A DNA stretch of 64,000 nucleotides from Octopus sinensis (lineage: Eukaryota): positions 85,002,001 through 85,066,000 of the forward strand of contig NC_042999.1 of the NCBI RefSeq assembly GCF_006345805.1, written 5' to 3'. Positions 39,414 to 52,257 of the stretch are shown piece after piece. Every line of letters starts with the position of its first letter. The first letter of the stretch is position 1. Under the pieces are notes generated by a model, which worked only from the letters and a program-made list of their open reading frames with translations, searched no databases and was not told the DNA's origin. Made by a program: the position numbers and the translations under genes.

Positions 39414-41089
39414 TATCGTCTAAATATTACTACACATTACTTATGCTATTATGATGCCAATACTATTACAAGAAACTAGTAGCAAATAATAAAACTATAT
39501 TCATTGTAATACCAAAAGCAACATCAACGGAAGAAAAGACAACAAACGCCATTAAAACTCGTTTGTTGAACTCTTGTTAGGTAAATGACGAGAGACATGT
39601 CAATATTAGTTAACTTTTATGAATGAGCGGAAACCACCATGGGAGGGTATTACATTAAGCATATTAGCACTTGATTAAATTTTGTGATTCATAATCACAT
39701 ACACTCCTGTTATTATGTTTATATTTCATGACAATTCGTATACATTTCTTGTACATCTGTAAATATCTATCACAACTAGCAAGTATTGGACAGGTTTATG
39801 TTACACTGAGAAGGTTTAATAAAACCGAAATATGTTTCTGGGTGCCATTGTGCTTACAAAACATTACATTAAGTTAATATTAGTTCTCGCGCTAATGCTT
39901 TTATCTCCTCATAGCGTGAGTAATTTGAATATTAATTTATCAATATTTCGGAGTTTTCAAATCTTTGCTTTAATCAAATTTTATTAACATTAGTTAATCT
40001 ACATATATCCAACCTCTCATCATTTTAAATGTCTTATTCACTACGTGAAGTATATTAGCACGCACCCATCTAGGTTTATGTTAGTTTTACTAGAAGTGAG
40101 CCATGGTAGATATCGTAAATCTCTTTTTATCTCAAAGCACATTAACATTATGTTTTTATTTATTTACCGAACTATATTCCTACCGATACATAGTACCACT
40201 TGTCTTTGTGGATTCGTGAATTTAACTTTGTTTCATACATAAATAAGCTTAACAAAAGAATCAACAGCTCGTGTCAATTTAAGTGTGTAGTTGTACAGCA
40301 GCAAATCCTAATCAAGCCATTTTACCACACAATACAGCAGAAAAAAAGAAAGAAGAGAAAAATGAAACAGTAAGGGAAAATGTAAAGCAGCATTAGAAAA
40401 TAGGATGAAAATCAAGACTTGGTGAATGAAATTCAGAGAGTAAATAAAGAAAAGATTTGTGGTTCGTAGATTATGTTGAAATCTGAGTAAACTGCGACCG
40501 TAGATATGAAGGCACCGAAACATTGATTGTATTAGTTATTTATTAGCTTAAAACTATTGATTCGTTCTGAGGTTGCGACATTTTCTTCGGCAAAAGAAAG
40601 TGTAGGGTTTGGATGAACAGCTTTATTAGCTAAAACATACCTTTATGCACCTTCATAATTTGGTCTGAAAATTAGAAGAAATAGGAACGCGATGGAGACA
40701 AATATGGTTGTTGCTATTGAAGATTTACTGTGCGACAGAAATTATGACGAACATGTTTCGAAGTTCAAAATCATGGCTATTTGTTATGGATACAAAAAAG
40801 AACACAGTACAGTAGAAAATAAAAAGAAAGGGAAGAAGGAAGAGAAAATACGGAGTGACATTAAAAAAGAGATTGGAAATTTTGTCTAGGTAACCGGTTA
40901 CGGGATGTGAGTGGTGTACCTCACAGGAAATATCGAAATTTCTGTAAGAGTAAACTTAAAGCCATTATAAGGTCACTTTTACTGTTTGATGTAATTGTAT
41001 AAAGGACCTATGTAGATTACTTTTCCTATTTCGTCCACAAATTTCTCAAGTGGCAATCAACAATAAACAAATGGTCAAATTTTGGCGAA

Positions 41090-41280
41090 AGGCCAGCAAT
41101 TTCGAGTGAGTTGGGTAAGTCGATTAGATCGACTCCAGTTCTCAACTGGTATTTATTTTATCGACTCCGAAAGGGTGAAAAGCAAAGTAGATTCCGGAGG
41201 CATTTGAACTCAGAGCATAAAGACGGACGAAATGCTGCTAGGGATTTTGCCCGGCGTGCTAACAATTCTGACAGCTCGCC
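41090..41280 (-). mobile_element. SINE family B
   Basis: Reverse complement of the head, B-box and body seen in the other copies. Confidence 0.78.
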
Positions 41281-42640
41281 ACCTTGTTTCGCAAAAAATA
41301 AGTATTGCAATAGAGGAAAAACAAATAAATTAAACAGAACCCTAAGATAATATACGTGGGATATATATGCTAGCAAACAATGGGAAATCTGAATCAGAAA
41401 TTACAAGGATTGAGATAGAAAACGCTGACTTTATAATGTGACTCGAAGAAGATTGAAACTTTTCTGCAGTTTTCACAACATACTAATATCAAATAAACAT
41501 TGATAACGAAACACGAAAACGATTTACAAACGTTATGGACGGTCCGTCCTACAATATGGAGTTGAAACACGGAAATTAACAAAAGTATTATCAAACAGAT
41601 TAACAAACAGATTTTACACAAAGAGAAGAGTGTTAGGAATATGCTATGAATAGAATATAAACTGAATGATAAAGATCTGATGATATCAATAAGTTACGAA
41701 CATTATATTAGACAGCATCAAAGAGAGAAATCTAAAACATTTTGGATGCTTAATTGGAAAAGAATGGATGAGAAAAGAAGGAGAAACCTAGAATTACGTT
41801 GATAAATACCATCAAGAATGGGAAATACTCAATATACAATGAATGTATAAGAACATCACAAGAAAAACCGAGAAAGCGATCCATGGTGAGAATGTGTGAG
41901 AGATATTTAACGATGAAGATCATAAGATATAAAATGTTACTACTTTAATGTAACATTCGGTTCCTTTTTTTCTTTTGTCTTTTTTTTTGGAAACAATATC
42001 GGTATAGCAACATTGATAATAAGAAAACATATCAGAATTGCCGAGACATATGCATGCGCACAAAAACGCATTAGCGCGCACACATACACACACATGCGTA
42101 AAATGAAAAGGAAACGGAATGGATCTTTCGTTGGATTCGACGATAGTTATTACAATCGTCCGATGATTAATGGAACTGCCAACTCAAGGAATTATGTGTA
42201 AATATAAGTGGTTGGGTATTCCGTGGACATTTGTAATACTACTATAATTTTCAAGCAGAATTAGCATGGCGCAATGTATGACAAAACTGTCCCCTTGAAT
42301 TTCAAGTACAACCCCACACACGGTTTTCCATAATTTCCGTCCACCCATTTTCACCCAGAAGGTTTGGGTCAAGCTGAGACGTTGGAAGAAGCAACACATT
42401 TAATATTCCACAGTGAAAAGTAACCGGTAGTTTGAAGATTGCAAAACGATATGCTTACCACACTGCTATGACGGTAGATGGACGCCACATACATTCATAC
42501 AGCTACACACACACGCGCGTACGCAAACATTATCAAGATAGTGATAGACACACACACACACACATATGCGTGTGTGTGTGTGTTTATATATATGATTCTC
42601 GGACAGGGCAAGGTTGCTTGGGTCAACTTTCATAACACTA

Positions 42641-43037
42641 TGCAATGAACATATGAGAAATAGGCTTACCTTTGCGTTGAATACATCAGTAAGTAATGTA
42701 TATTTCAAATGATTTCACCTTCTGTATGACCAACATACTCTGGGATTTTTAGTTGAAAATAACATTTTAACATCTATTTCTAAAATATTCACTACATTAG
42801 CTCGTGTGCGTTTCTTACTTTAAACGTCCCGCTTCGTTTAAAAGAAAACTATCGAAGCGAGACGCAAACATGCTAATGTAGTGAATATTTTAGAAATAGA
42901 TGTTAAAATGTTATTTTCAACTTCAAATCCCAGAGTACGTTGGTCATACAGAGGGTGAAATCAATCGGCATTGAAATATACATTACTTACTGATGTACCA
43001 ACGCAAAGGTAAGCCTATTTCTCATATCTTCATTGCA
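42641..43037. repeat. Foldback element with ~160-bp arms
   Basis: 42641-42801 is the reverse complement of 42872-43037 with few substitutions and small indels; the ~70-bp spacer is itself partly self-complementary. Confidence 0.9.
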
Positions 43038-43265
43038 TCGCTCGTCTGTATATTTATTGTGAGTTTCTGGTGGGTTTCGAGCCTTGGCCCTGATTTTAGC
43101 AAGTGATATTATATACCCTACTGTATCTAAGTTGTCCTACAATGTGCCTGTAATGGTGTGAACTTGCTGGCCACCTTATTATTATCTTATAAATATTATC
43201 AATAATGGTAATAATACATCTTTATTTAATGTACACACACACACACACTCACACACACACACAGA

Positions 43266-43384
<119 letters not shown>

Positions 43385-44044
43385 GCATTTAAATATGCAT
43401 ATGTAAAGGACATTACGATATCAAAAATTTATAAAGAAAAAAAGTAACATTTTTCTCCGGATAATCCATATATAAGTGAAATGGATGCTGAACAAAGTGC
43501 AATGGGGAAAAAATAAACATACTTGAAACTATTTGCAGTCCTTTACAAATTATGTAGATATTTTACCTGGAAAAAAATAGCGAAAACATTTTACAGGCTT
43601 GAAAATTTTTGATAGCTTCAATTTAAAATCGGTTTCTTAAAGTTTTTCCGCTTACAGAAAAAAATTTCCATTATCGCATCATGTATCATCAAGGCAATTT
43701 TTTCACCAAAACCTTTCGATAATTTATATCGCCTGCAATTTTTATTTCGTATTATCTCGATAAAAATGCAACGAAATTTCTAGGGTTTTTTGGCTCAAAT
43801 CGTACATCAAAGAAAACTTTCGTTTAAATCGGTTTACATAGTTCAATATACAAATATTATTTCTTATATCAAATATACTCACTCAACTCAACCACGTAAT
43901 ACATGCATATTTATGCCTGTGTACGTATATACATATATGCATATAGATAAATAAAGGCATATATATATATATATATATACATACATATATATATATATAC
44001 ATACATATATATATATATAATATATATATATATATATTATATAT

Positions 44045-44112
<68 letters not shown>

Positions 44113-45525
44113 CATACATACTAGTAATGCATCCCAGCGTTGCCCGGGTGTTATGATCTACAAGTACATTGTATTATTTGCTCCTTTCTTACAGGCAGAA
44201 TGGGCACAGTTGATACTTAGTTAATGGAATAATGGAACTTATTGTTTATTAAATAGTGAGGGGCGAGGGTACAATTTGCATGAAAGTGCTTTCTGTTCTT
44301 AAGAAGAATCAGAAACTATGTATTGTTTCATCGTATAAAAGAGGGGTTATTACGATTTTGTCCAGAAATTACGTTTTCAATATCTAAATTTCCCCCTATC
44401 CCCACCGCAATTTCTTAATTTAACTTATTTTTCGAATTTTTTTATCTACATAGAAAAATACAGAGATTACGAATCTGACATTTTTTATAGTTTAATTTTT
44501 CTTAAAGAAACAATCAATGCCCCCCTTCCCTTCACCTACCAGCTTTCAAAAAGCTAAAATCTCCCAATCTTTCACTTTTCGTTGAGGTTTCCAGCATGCG
44601 TAGAATTCTACTGAAATAGTAGACTTAACAAATACCAGGCCACCACCAGAAAACCCGACATACTAGAAACAACAGGTAAACGAGATTATTTCTGAAGAAA
44701 CTTCCCCGTTTTCCAAAACGCTAAAAGTGAAACATTAGGAGTGTGTAGCTTCTTGAAAGTGGTTAGGTAATGAGTATAATTCTTAAAAATTCGTATTGTT
44801 TTTTTCTCCGTGTATTACCAAGAATAAAAATTTGAAAAAAGTAAAAAATGAATTTGGTGTGGAGAGGGAGAAAATTAAAATATTGAGAACGTATTATGTA
44901 GGTGAAATCCTAATCTTCTGTATCGCAAACATAGGAATCTGAAGATATTTAGGAAAAAAATAAGGGGGGCCCGGAAATGTCACCTCGGACATGCTAGAAA
45001 GAAAAGACAAAGGACAGAATTTCTGGGAAAACTTCCTTTTAAATTTATATCGAAGATCAGTTTTTTAAATACGCTGATCATAAACACAAATTACACAATA
45101 GAAAAAGATAATTTCAATTGGATTTGAGCAGTAGATTTCCGCGTGCACACTGCAAGAAATAACATAATTCGCACAGAAGTTTTACCTAAAGTGCGTGTAT
45201 GTGTGTCAAAGAAGTTATTTTATGGCATTTTTTCGTTCGAAGAAGCAAAGTTGTCAACTCGACATACATGGGATCATATGATTATTCGTTAATTTCCGTA
45301 AAATTGTTTTAACTTCTGTATGCTTTGAAGAGAGCAGAAATTGAAAGAGGGGATAAAGTGAAAATGCGACATTTGCTTTGAAGTGAGGAGAAAGTAAAAG
45401 AGAGGAGAAATTGTAAGATATACGTGTATATGAAATGGACGTGTGTGAGAGAGAGAAAGAGTGAGTGAGTGGTGTGTTGTGATGTATGAATTCTTTGCAT
45501 GTATGTATAAGTGGTACTCACTCGC

Positions 45526-45580
<55 letters not shown>

Positions 45581-45756
45581 TTATCTTTCATATACACATA
45601 CATAGCGGAGGTAAAGAATACGCACATCACCCGTTTTCAGCCTAACCTTAACCTAAACAGCGGGAGTGCGTATTCTTTATCTTCGCCCATAAATACACAT
45701 GCATACATCTTTTTTGTGCCTGAGAGATAGAGAGAGAGAGAGAGAGAGTGTGTTGT

Positions 45757-45791
<35 letters not shown>

Positions 45792-46299
45792 TGTATGTGT
45801 GTGTGTGTGTGTATGTGTGTGTGTGTGACTGTATTTCCTCATAACATACAAAAATGGATGTATTTTAATGCAATTTTTGGGGTGTGTGGCTTATTCTAAC
45901 ACAATATTTATGTGTACATTTTCATAAATGTTTGTCTGAATAGAATTCTACTCATGCGTGAAACATCGGACGAAAATGAAACAATGAAAGAAAATCGAAA
46001 TATTGTCAGAGTATGACCTGAAAATTGTGCGACCCAACCTAGTTGCCGAGGTTATTTTAGTTGTAAAAAGTGTTGTTGAGCCAAAAACATAGTTTATTTG
46101 GTAGATAGATAATAAACAGGTTTCTTTATTATAATACAGATGCGACTAATTCGGAGAAACATTACTTTTATTATTCACACATCGTCACTCTTGTAATGCA
46201 ACACTTTATAATGTTGGTTCCAATTGAAGGTGTATTTGAAATAACTATAGCTGGTTGTTGAGATAACGTAGAAAATATGTAAATGAAAATAAAGTGTAT

Positions 46300-46610
46300 T
46301 TGACATGTGTAATTGATTTGATTGTTCTGGTCTTAACATCAGTTGGTAAGAATAGAAGTCATTTGACGACACCTTTTTGCTTGTTATTGGATTAATTGTT
46401 GCAGGATTAATCCTTGGAATATTGAAATGATGCCCATCTTGTCCATTCCACAGAATAAGAGTATACCAGAGAGCGTGATAAGAGGGATGAGTCTGTGAAA
46501 GACGTTTAAGCTTGTTATCTCGAACACGAATGAGAATATTGTGATTTTCATGGGGATTACCAAGCATAAGGATGGCTACTTCATAAGATTAAAACAGCGT
46601 GAAATGTTCT
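46300..46610 (-). pseudogene. Helitron RepHel fragment (upstream part of the Rep region)
   Basis: EHxRCFN...EVAILM...RDNKLKRLSQTHPSYHALWYTL...GQDG...KKVSSNDFYSYQLMLR, matching the remembered Helitron pattern RI.E.H.SYD.LQYPL...GEDG...FY.Y.LM.R. Confidence 0.82.
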
Positions 46611-46716
46611 TTACTATAGTTTACTATTGACGTAACGAGCGCAGGAACACATTCATAAAGTTGATGATATTGAAAACAGCAAAATGTATACATAGGACGT
46701 TCAAGCGAAACGAAAT

Positions 46717-46943
46717 GTAGTCAATATAGGTGCAAAACATACTTTCTGTAGCATAGTTATGCTATAAAAAAATGGAAAGGCACCAATTTAACAAAAGTTA
46801 CTATGTGTCACCAATGTAACAAAGTACAGAAAGTCAACATTTATTTGAAACATCTACTAAATGTTATAAAATTCACAATCGAATATCACGGTGAAGAAAG
46901 TGAAAGTCCAAGAAAATTCAGAAAGTATAATTCAATTTTTCAT
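46717..46943 (+). pseudogene. Probable Helitron N-terminal zinc-finger fragment, inverted relative to the element
   Basis: VNIGAKHTFC...YA.KKWKG...MCHQCNKV...RKYNSIFH, similar to IG.M...C..C.A.KW...MCC..GKV...RKYNS.FQ. Confidence 0.55.
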
Positions 46944-47919
46944 ACAAAAATAATTTATTTTACAATTTTGAAACGAACGCTGAACCGAGTGTACAAAAAG
47001 GAAGATGGTATTGTAAAGTTAATTTAAAATATTTGCTGAATGATGTATGCAGCAAGATATAAATTAATTTGACATTGCCACATATTTTTTAACTGTGTAA
47101 CGTTATAGGCTGTAGAATAAATACTGACTAACGCAGTAAAAAGGTTGTGCGGCGTTGATACTCACAGTGATGAAAAAGACTGGGAGGACTGTTAAAAATT
47201 ATCTTGAAATTGGTTAGGAGTGGAATAACATTTCTGTAATTAAATTGAAAGAAATACTGAGGCTTTCTACTTCGTCAAGCTTCTGAATTTGTTATAATAA
47301 CCAGAGTAACATTTCTTCCAGATATATTTGCGAGTATTGTGAGTGGTGTTAAATCAGCCAAATCTTCATGTTGGTAGTACTTGAAAGGGAACGCTGTTCG
47401 TTTAAAGTCCAGGCCGCAGCTAAACTTTCAATATAGGCACGTTTCACTGTTGGGCGGGAGAAAATTACATAAACTAAGGCACACACAAACACATACATTA
47501 ATGCACACCTGAAGCCTATCTCTGTCTCTGTGTGTCGGTCGTCACAAAAATGTATGTATACTGACAGACACATGCACCGTCACACACTTATATTTGTCAG
47601 TCATCGGCCTAACGTAGGTAACGAACGCACGAACACATTCATATAGAAAATGTGACGTCATCGACGTTATGGTGGTGATATAAAATGCTATTTACGATAG
47701 GTGAATAAAAGAAAAATGACAATGTTAAATTTTTGTAATGCAAATATGTGAATGAAAATATAGTTTAGTTGGTATCCAAAAGCCTACTGAATCTTTTGAT
47801 ACCCCATACGTCAAAATCGGCAACTCGGTTTTGGAATGCATAAGGAACATACGCACACACACACACACACACATACAACTCTCTTTTATATATATAAGAT
47901 ATACATATTATATGTATAT

Positions 47920-47999
<80 letters not shown>

Positions 48000-48107
48000 G
48001 TATACATATACAATATAACATATATTGGTCATTATGTATATTATATATATAATATACATTTATATGTATTTGTACACATATATACAAGAATAGCTATGTA
48101 ATATGTG

Positions 48108-48152
<45 letters not shown>

Positions 48153-48444
48153 TATATATACATATATATACGTGTGTGTGTGTGTGTGTACATATATGTA
48201 ATATATGTGTGTATATACACATACGCGCGAACGCACATGCACATACACAAACATACACAGACACTCACACATACACACATCCATATATATATACCAACGT
48301 AGATCCTCCAAGGTGATTTGATGTATAACAAAAACACAACCAAAAGATTTGGGAGTTTATGCCGTTATATTTATTACTAATAGTAGCAAAAAGACCATTC
48401 GCTTGTCGATTTTCTGCTAGTCACTTGATAATATTTTAATATCC

Positions 48445-48620
48445 TATATTGGGAGCAACATCAAAAAACTCCACATTCGCACCACGGAACACGTTCGCCT
48501 AGACCTGTAGAAACGCCAGCCCTGGATTTTACAATATACATCAGGGACACTAAACATAGTACAAACATCCTTCGAACCAAGGAAGCCATCATCAAACAAA
48601 AGCTGGCCAGGCTATTATAA
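48445..48620 (+). pseudogene. Penelope-like GIY-YIG endonuclease remnant
   Basis: YIGSNIKKLHIRTTEH, then (shifted frame) NILRTKEAIIKQK, resembling YIG.T.R.L..R..EH and L.IKEA..I. Confidence 0.55.
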
Positions 48621-48741
48621 TAACACCAGTCTGAGCTAGTCACAATCCTATCTCGTCTCTCATTTCTTCATGTGCCCTGGTGAAAAGGCCATAACACCGA
48701 AATATCGAATACAAGGTAAACAAACAACTGTTGTTTTGTTT

Positions 48742-49158
48742 TCACTTATGTTGTTCATTTATCATTTTCCGTGTTTGAGCCTTATCATATATATTGCCTC
48801 CGACAGCTACTTCTGAATCTTCTACCTGCTGCAACATATATTGCCTACCAGAACCAACCCTTATCCGCCAGGGATTAACCATATCTTCCAGCTGCTTCAC
48901 AATTGAGTCTAAGTCCCTGTTCAGAGATGTGGTAATGATCTCTGTCGTGTGGATGCAGTGAGAACGTCTGCTATGTCTCTTCCTGTTGGCCACGGCTTCA
49001 TAATCTCCGTTGCAGCTGTTCGTGCCACATAATACGTTCGTTACATTGTTCATAGGGCACTGATAGGCAGTCATGATATTAGTATTTTGATAACCGGCAC
49101 AAATCCTTATAATAGAGGTAAATCTTTTCCAATATTCAGGCGGTTTCCAATCTTCCAT
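48742..49158 (-). CDS. Candidate orphan ORF, 138 aa (MEDWKPPEYW...NEQHK), function unknown
   Basis: Non-repetitive 155-codon open frame; ATG in GACATGG context; polypyrimidine-CAG acceptor at 49242-49243. No recognised domain. Confidence 0.35.
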   Translation of the reverse strand: MEDWKPPEYWKRFTSIIRICAGYQNTNIMTAYQCPMNNVTNVLCGTNSCNGDYEAVANRKRHSRRSHCIHTTEIITTSLNRDLDSIVKQLEDMVNPWRIRVGSGRQYMLQQVEDSEVAVGGNIYDKAQTRKMINEQHK

Positions 49159-49423
49159 GTCAGTTAACTTTTTCTCAACTACAACGCTAATCTTTATGCT
49201 CCCCAACGCCTTTCACTGTTCACCAACACATCAAGCTATTCCTGAAAAAGAATGTGTATGTGTGTGTGTCATCAAATTTAACCTGAACAGCCAGTATGTA
49301 TATGATAGGTAGACAGATAGATAGGTAGATGTATTTATAAGTACATATATGCATGTATGAATACACACACACACACTACATGTACGTACGTATGTATTTG
49401 CATATCTATCTATCTATCATCTA

Positions 49424-49508
<85 letters not shown>

Positions 49509-49679
49509 CAAATTGAGATAGGGGTTGTAAATGCAACCCTCCATGGGATACCATATATCCAATATACTGCTAGTGAAGTACCCAACAATTTTTAATACAT
49601 AAATGTTAATATTGCGATGCAATCAATGCATTTACTGTATTATATGGCAAAGGTAAAATGATTTACCACAATTACTAAT

Positions 49680-50225
49680 ACAAGATAAGAAAATGGAGAA
49701 ATACATCTAAATCAAATATCAATTACCAGATAATACTCAATCACATATTTATTAAACCACCACATAAGAGACTGTAGGGTTAAATATAAAAAGCAGAACA
49801 AATCAGTGTACATAAAGGAATGTACATAAAAACGTGTACATAAAAGAGTAATGTTGTATGATAGGTAGAATATATATAAAAGAGAATATAAATATAAGTA
49901 AATATAAATATAAGTATAGATTACATCTTACAGCTGTTTCGGCCATGTAGATAAGTATGTCTCATTTTACCATCTTAGCCGTAATCTATACTTATATTTA
50001 TATTGACTTATATTTATATTCTCTTTTATATATATTCTACTTATTATACAACATTACTCTTTTATGTACACGTTTTTATGTACATTCCTTTATGTACACT
50101 GATTTGTTCTGCTTTTTATATTTAACCCTACAGTCTCTTATGTTGTGGTTTAATAAAGTATGTGATTGAGTATTATCTGGTAATTGATATTTGATTTAGA
50201 GTATTTCTCCATTTTCTTATCTTGT
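49680..50225. repeat. Foldback element with ~245-bp arms and a hammerhead-like spacer
   Basis: 49680-49924 is the reverse complement of 49981-50225 with few differences; 56-bp spacer; right arm abuts (TA)n. Confidence 0.92.
49929..49978 (-). ncRNA. Degenerate hammerhead-like motif (G5 missing)
   Basis: CT-AAGA-T-GGT...GCC-GAAAC-AGCT-GTA; palindromic ACAGCTGT and GUA triplet. Confidence 0.45.
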
Positions 50226-50230
50226 GTATA

Positions 50231-50297
<67 letters not shown>

Positions 50298-50772
50298 ATA
50301 TAATATATATATATATATGATTTAATAAAATTCTCCGTAAAATTAATAATGAATTCACATATCACAAAAAATATATAGACCTTACTGATGACATATAAAA
50401 TCTAGCGACAAATATTCAAATTTCGGCGGAAATATCAGAGATCACATTGAGCCTGTGAAAACACATGCCAACATCACTTCATCCAGAAGATAAAACTTTG
50501 ATGTTATAGAAACGTTGATGATGGATTTATGAAATTTAATGCTAAAAAACACTTACTGGGAACTCGTACAAAAATTTGAAGAAACCTTGATATACATGTT
50601 AAACTTACAGCGCCGTTCTGCATTGAAATTAACATGTTCAAACGAAAACCTGTTTCATATGAGCATAAACGCACATATATCCATACACACAGGGACAAAA
50701 ATACTTTATGTTACATATTATATATATATATATAATATATCTATATATATATATATATATATATATAGATAA

Positions 50773-51278
50773 CCGTAAATCTTCGAGGATAATCCGCATT
50801 GTTTCCCAAAATGTAAAGGTCAAAATCCCTAGTGCGTGCTATATACGAGGTTAAAAATGAAAATAATTTTCTAAGCAATGTCCGAGTCTCTATTTGCAGT
50901 CCGGCAATGTATATTCAGACGCATTTTGTGATGTCGGGCGCGAAAATACCTTAAGCTAAACCTGAAAGCAATGAAGTTATAAAGAATCATCCATAACTTG
51001 CAGTAAGCACATTTATAAAACGTTCTTACTTTTATTTTTTTATTTTTTGCAAACAAAATGCACAAAAAGGCAACATATTCCATTATGTTATATATCAATA
51101 ATATAAAGGACGTTAACCGTATACATTTTTACGAACCAAGGACGTTATATAGACCTCCTTGACTCAAGTTAGAGACGGGGTGCGTATAATACAAAAGGTT
51201 TAGGTTTTTCAGAGTACAGTCCCCTAAAAGTCCCCTGCTTATTATACTCAACGGCGGACTATACTCGAGGATTTACGG
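50773..51278. mobile_element. MITE (Tc1/mariner superfamily, pogo/Tigger-like), copy 1
   Basis: 25-bp TIR CCGTAAATCYTCGAGKATARTCCGC (22/25 match); TA at the right end; no coding capacity. Confidence 0.82.
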
Positions 51279-51455
51279 TAACATTTTGTGTATATATATA
51301 TATATATTATATATATATATATATATACAAATGTATATCTATACAAATGCATGTGTGTGTAAACGCTATTACATACGAAATATGAAACCCTTAACTAAAA
51401 TGAAAACTTTATTACATGTATCCGGTATATGTCTAAAAGAAAAACTGTACATATG

Positions 51456-51517
<62 letters not shown>

Positions 51518-51519
<2 letters not shown>

Positions 51520-52028
51520 GTAAATCTTCGAGGATAATCCGCATTGTTTCCCAAAATGTAAAGGTCAAAATCCCTAGTGCGTGCTATATACGAGGTTAAA
51601 AATGAAAATAATTTTCTAAGCAATGTCCGAGTCTCTATTTGCAGTCCGGCAATGTATATTCAGACGCATTTTGTGATGTCGGGCGCGAAAATACCTTAAG
51701 CTAAACCTGAAAGCAATGAAGTTATAAAAGAATCATCCATAACTTGCAGTAAGCAACATTTATAAAACGTTCTTACTTTTATTTTTTTATTTTTTGCAAA
51801 CAAAATGCACAAAAAAGCAACATATTTCCATTATGTTATATATACAATAATAATAAAGGACGTTACCGTATACATTTTTACGAACCAAGGACGTTATATA
51901 GACCTCCTTGACTCAAGTTAGAGACGGGGTGCGTATAATACAAAAGGTTTAGGTTTTTCAGAGGTACAGTCCCCTAAAAGTCCCCTGCGTATTATACTCA
52001 ACGGCGGACTATACTCGAGGATTTACGG
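51518..52028. mobile_element. MITE copy 2 (part of a ~745-bp tandem duplication)
   Basis: Same TIRs, TA on both sides (51516-51517, 52029-52030); near-identical to copy 1 including the 3' flank. Confidence 0.85.
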
Positions 52029-52036
52029 TATACATT

Positions 52037-52084
<48 letters not shown>

Positions 52085-52221
52085 AATGTATATCTATACA
52101 AATGCATGTGTGTGTACGCATATATACATACGAAATATGAAACCCTTAACTAAAATGAAAAACTTTATTACATGTATCCGGTATATGTCTAAAAGAAAAA
52201 CTGTACATATGCATACATATA

Positions 52222-52257
<36 letters not shown>

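Larger units (their letters stand above)
44121..47899 (-). mobile_element. Internally deleted Helitron with intact termini
   Basis: 5' A|TC-TTATATATATAAAA...(TG)n...GCCGATTTTG at 47899; 3' hairpin CCCGGGCAACGCTGGG (44133-44148) 8 nt before CTAG|T at 44121; RepHel fragments inside. Confidence 0.85.

Noticed and set aside
43065-43100. Minus-strand GGGC-CAAG-GCTC-GAAAC hairpin
   Set aside because: The upstream core heptamer is absent.
50330-50700. Possible Penelope endonuclease C-terminal remnant (EETLI...NLQRRSALKL)
   Set aside because: Similarity too weak to support by eye.
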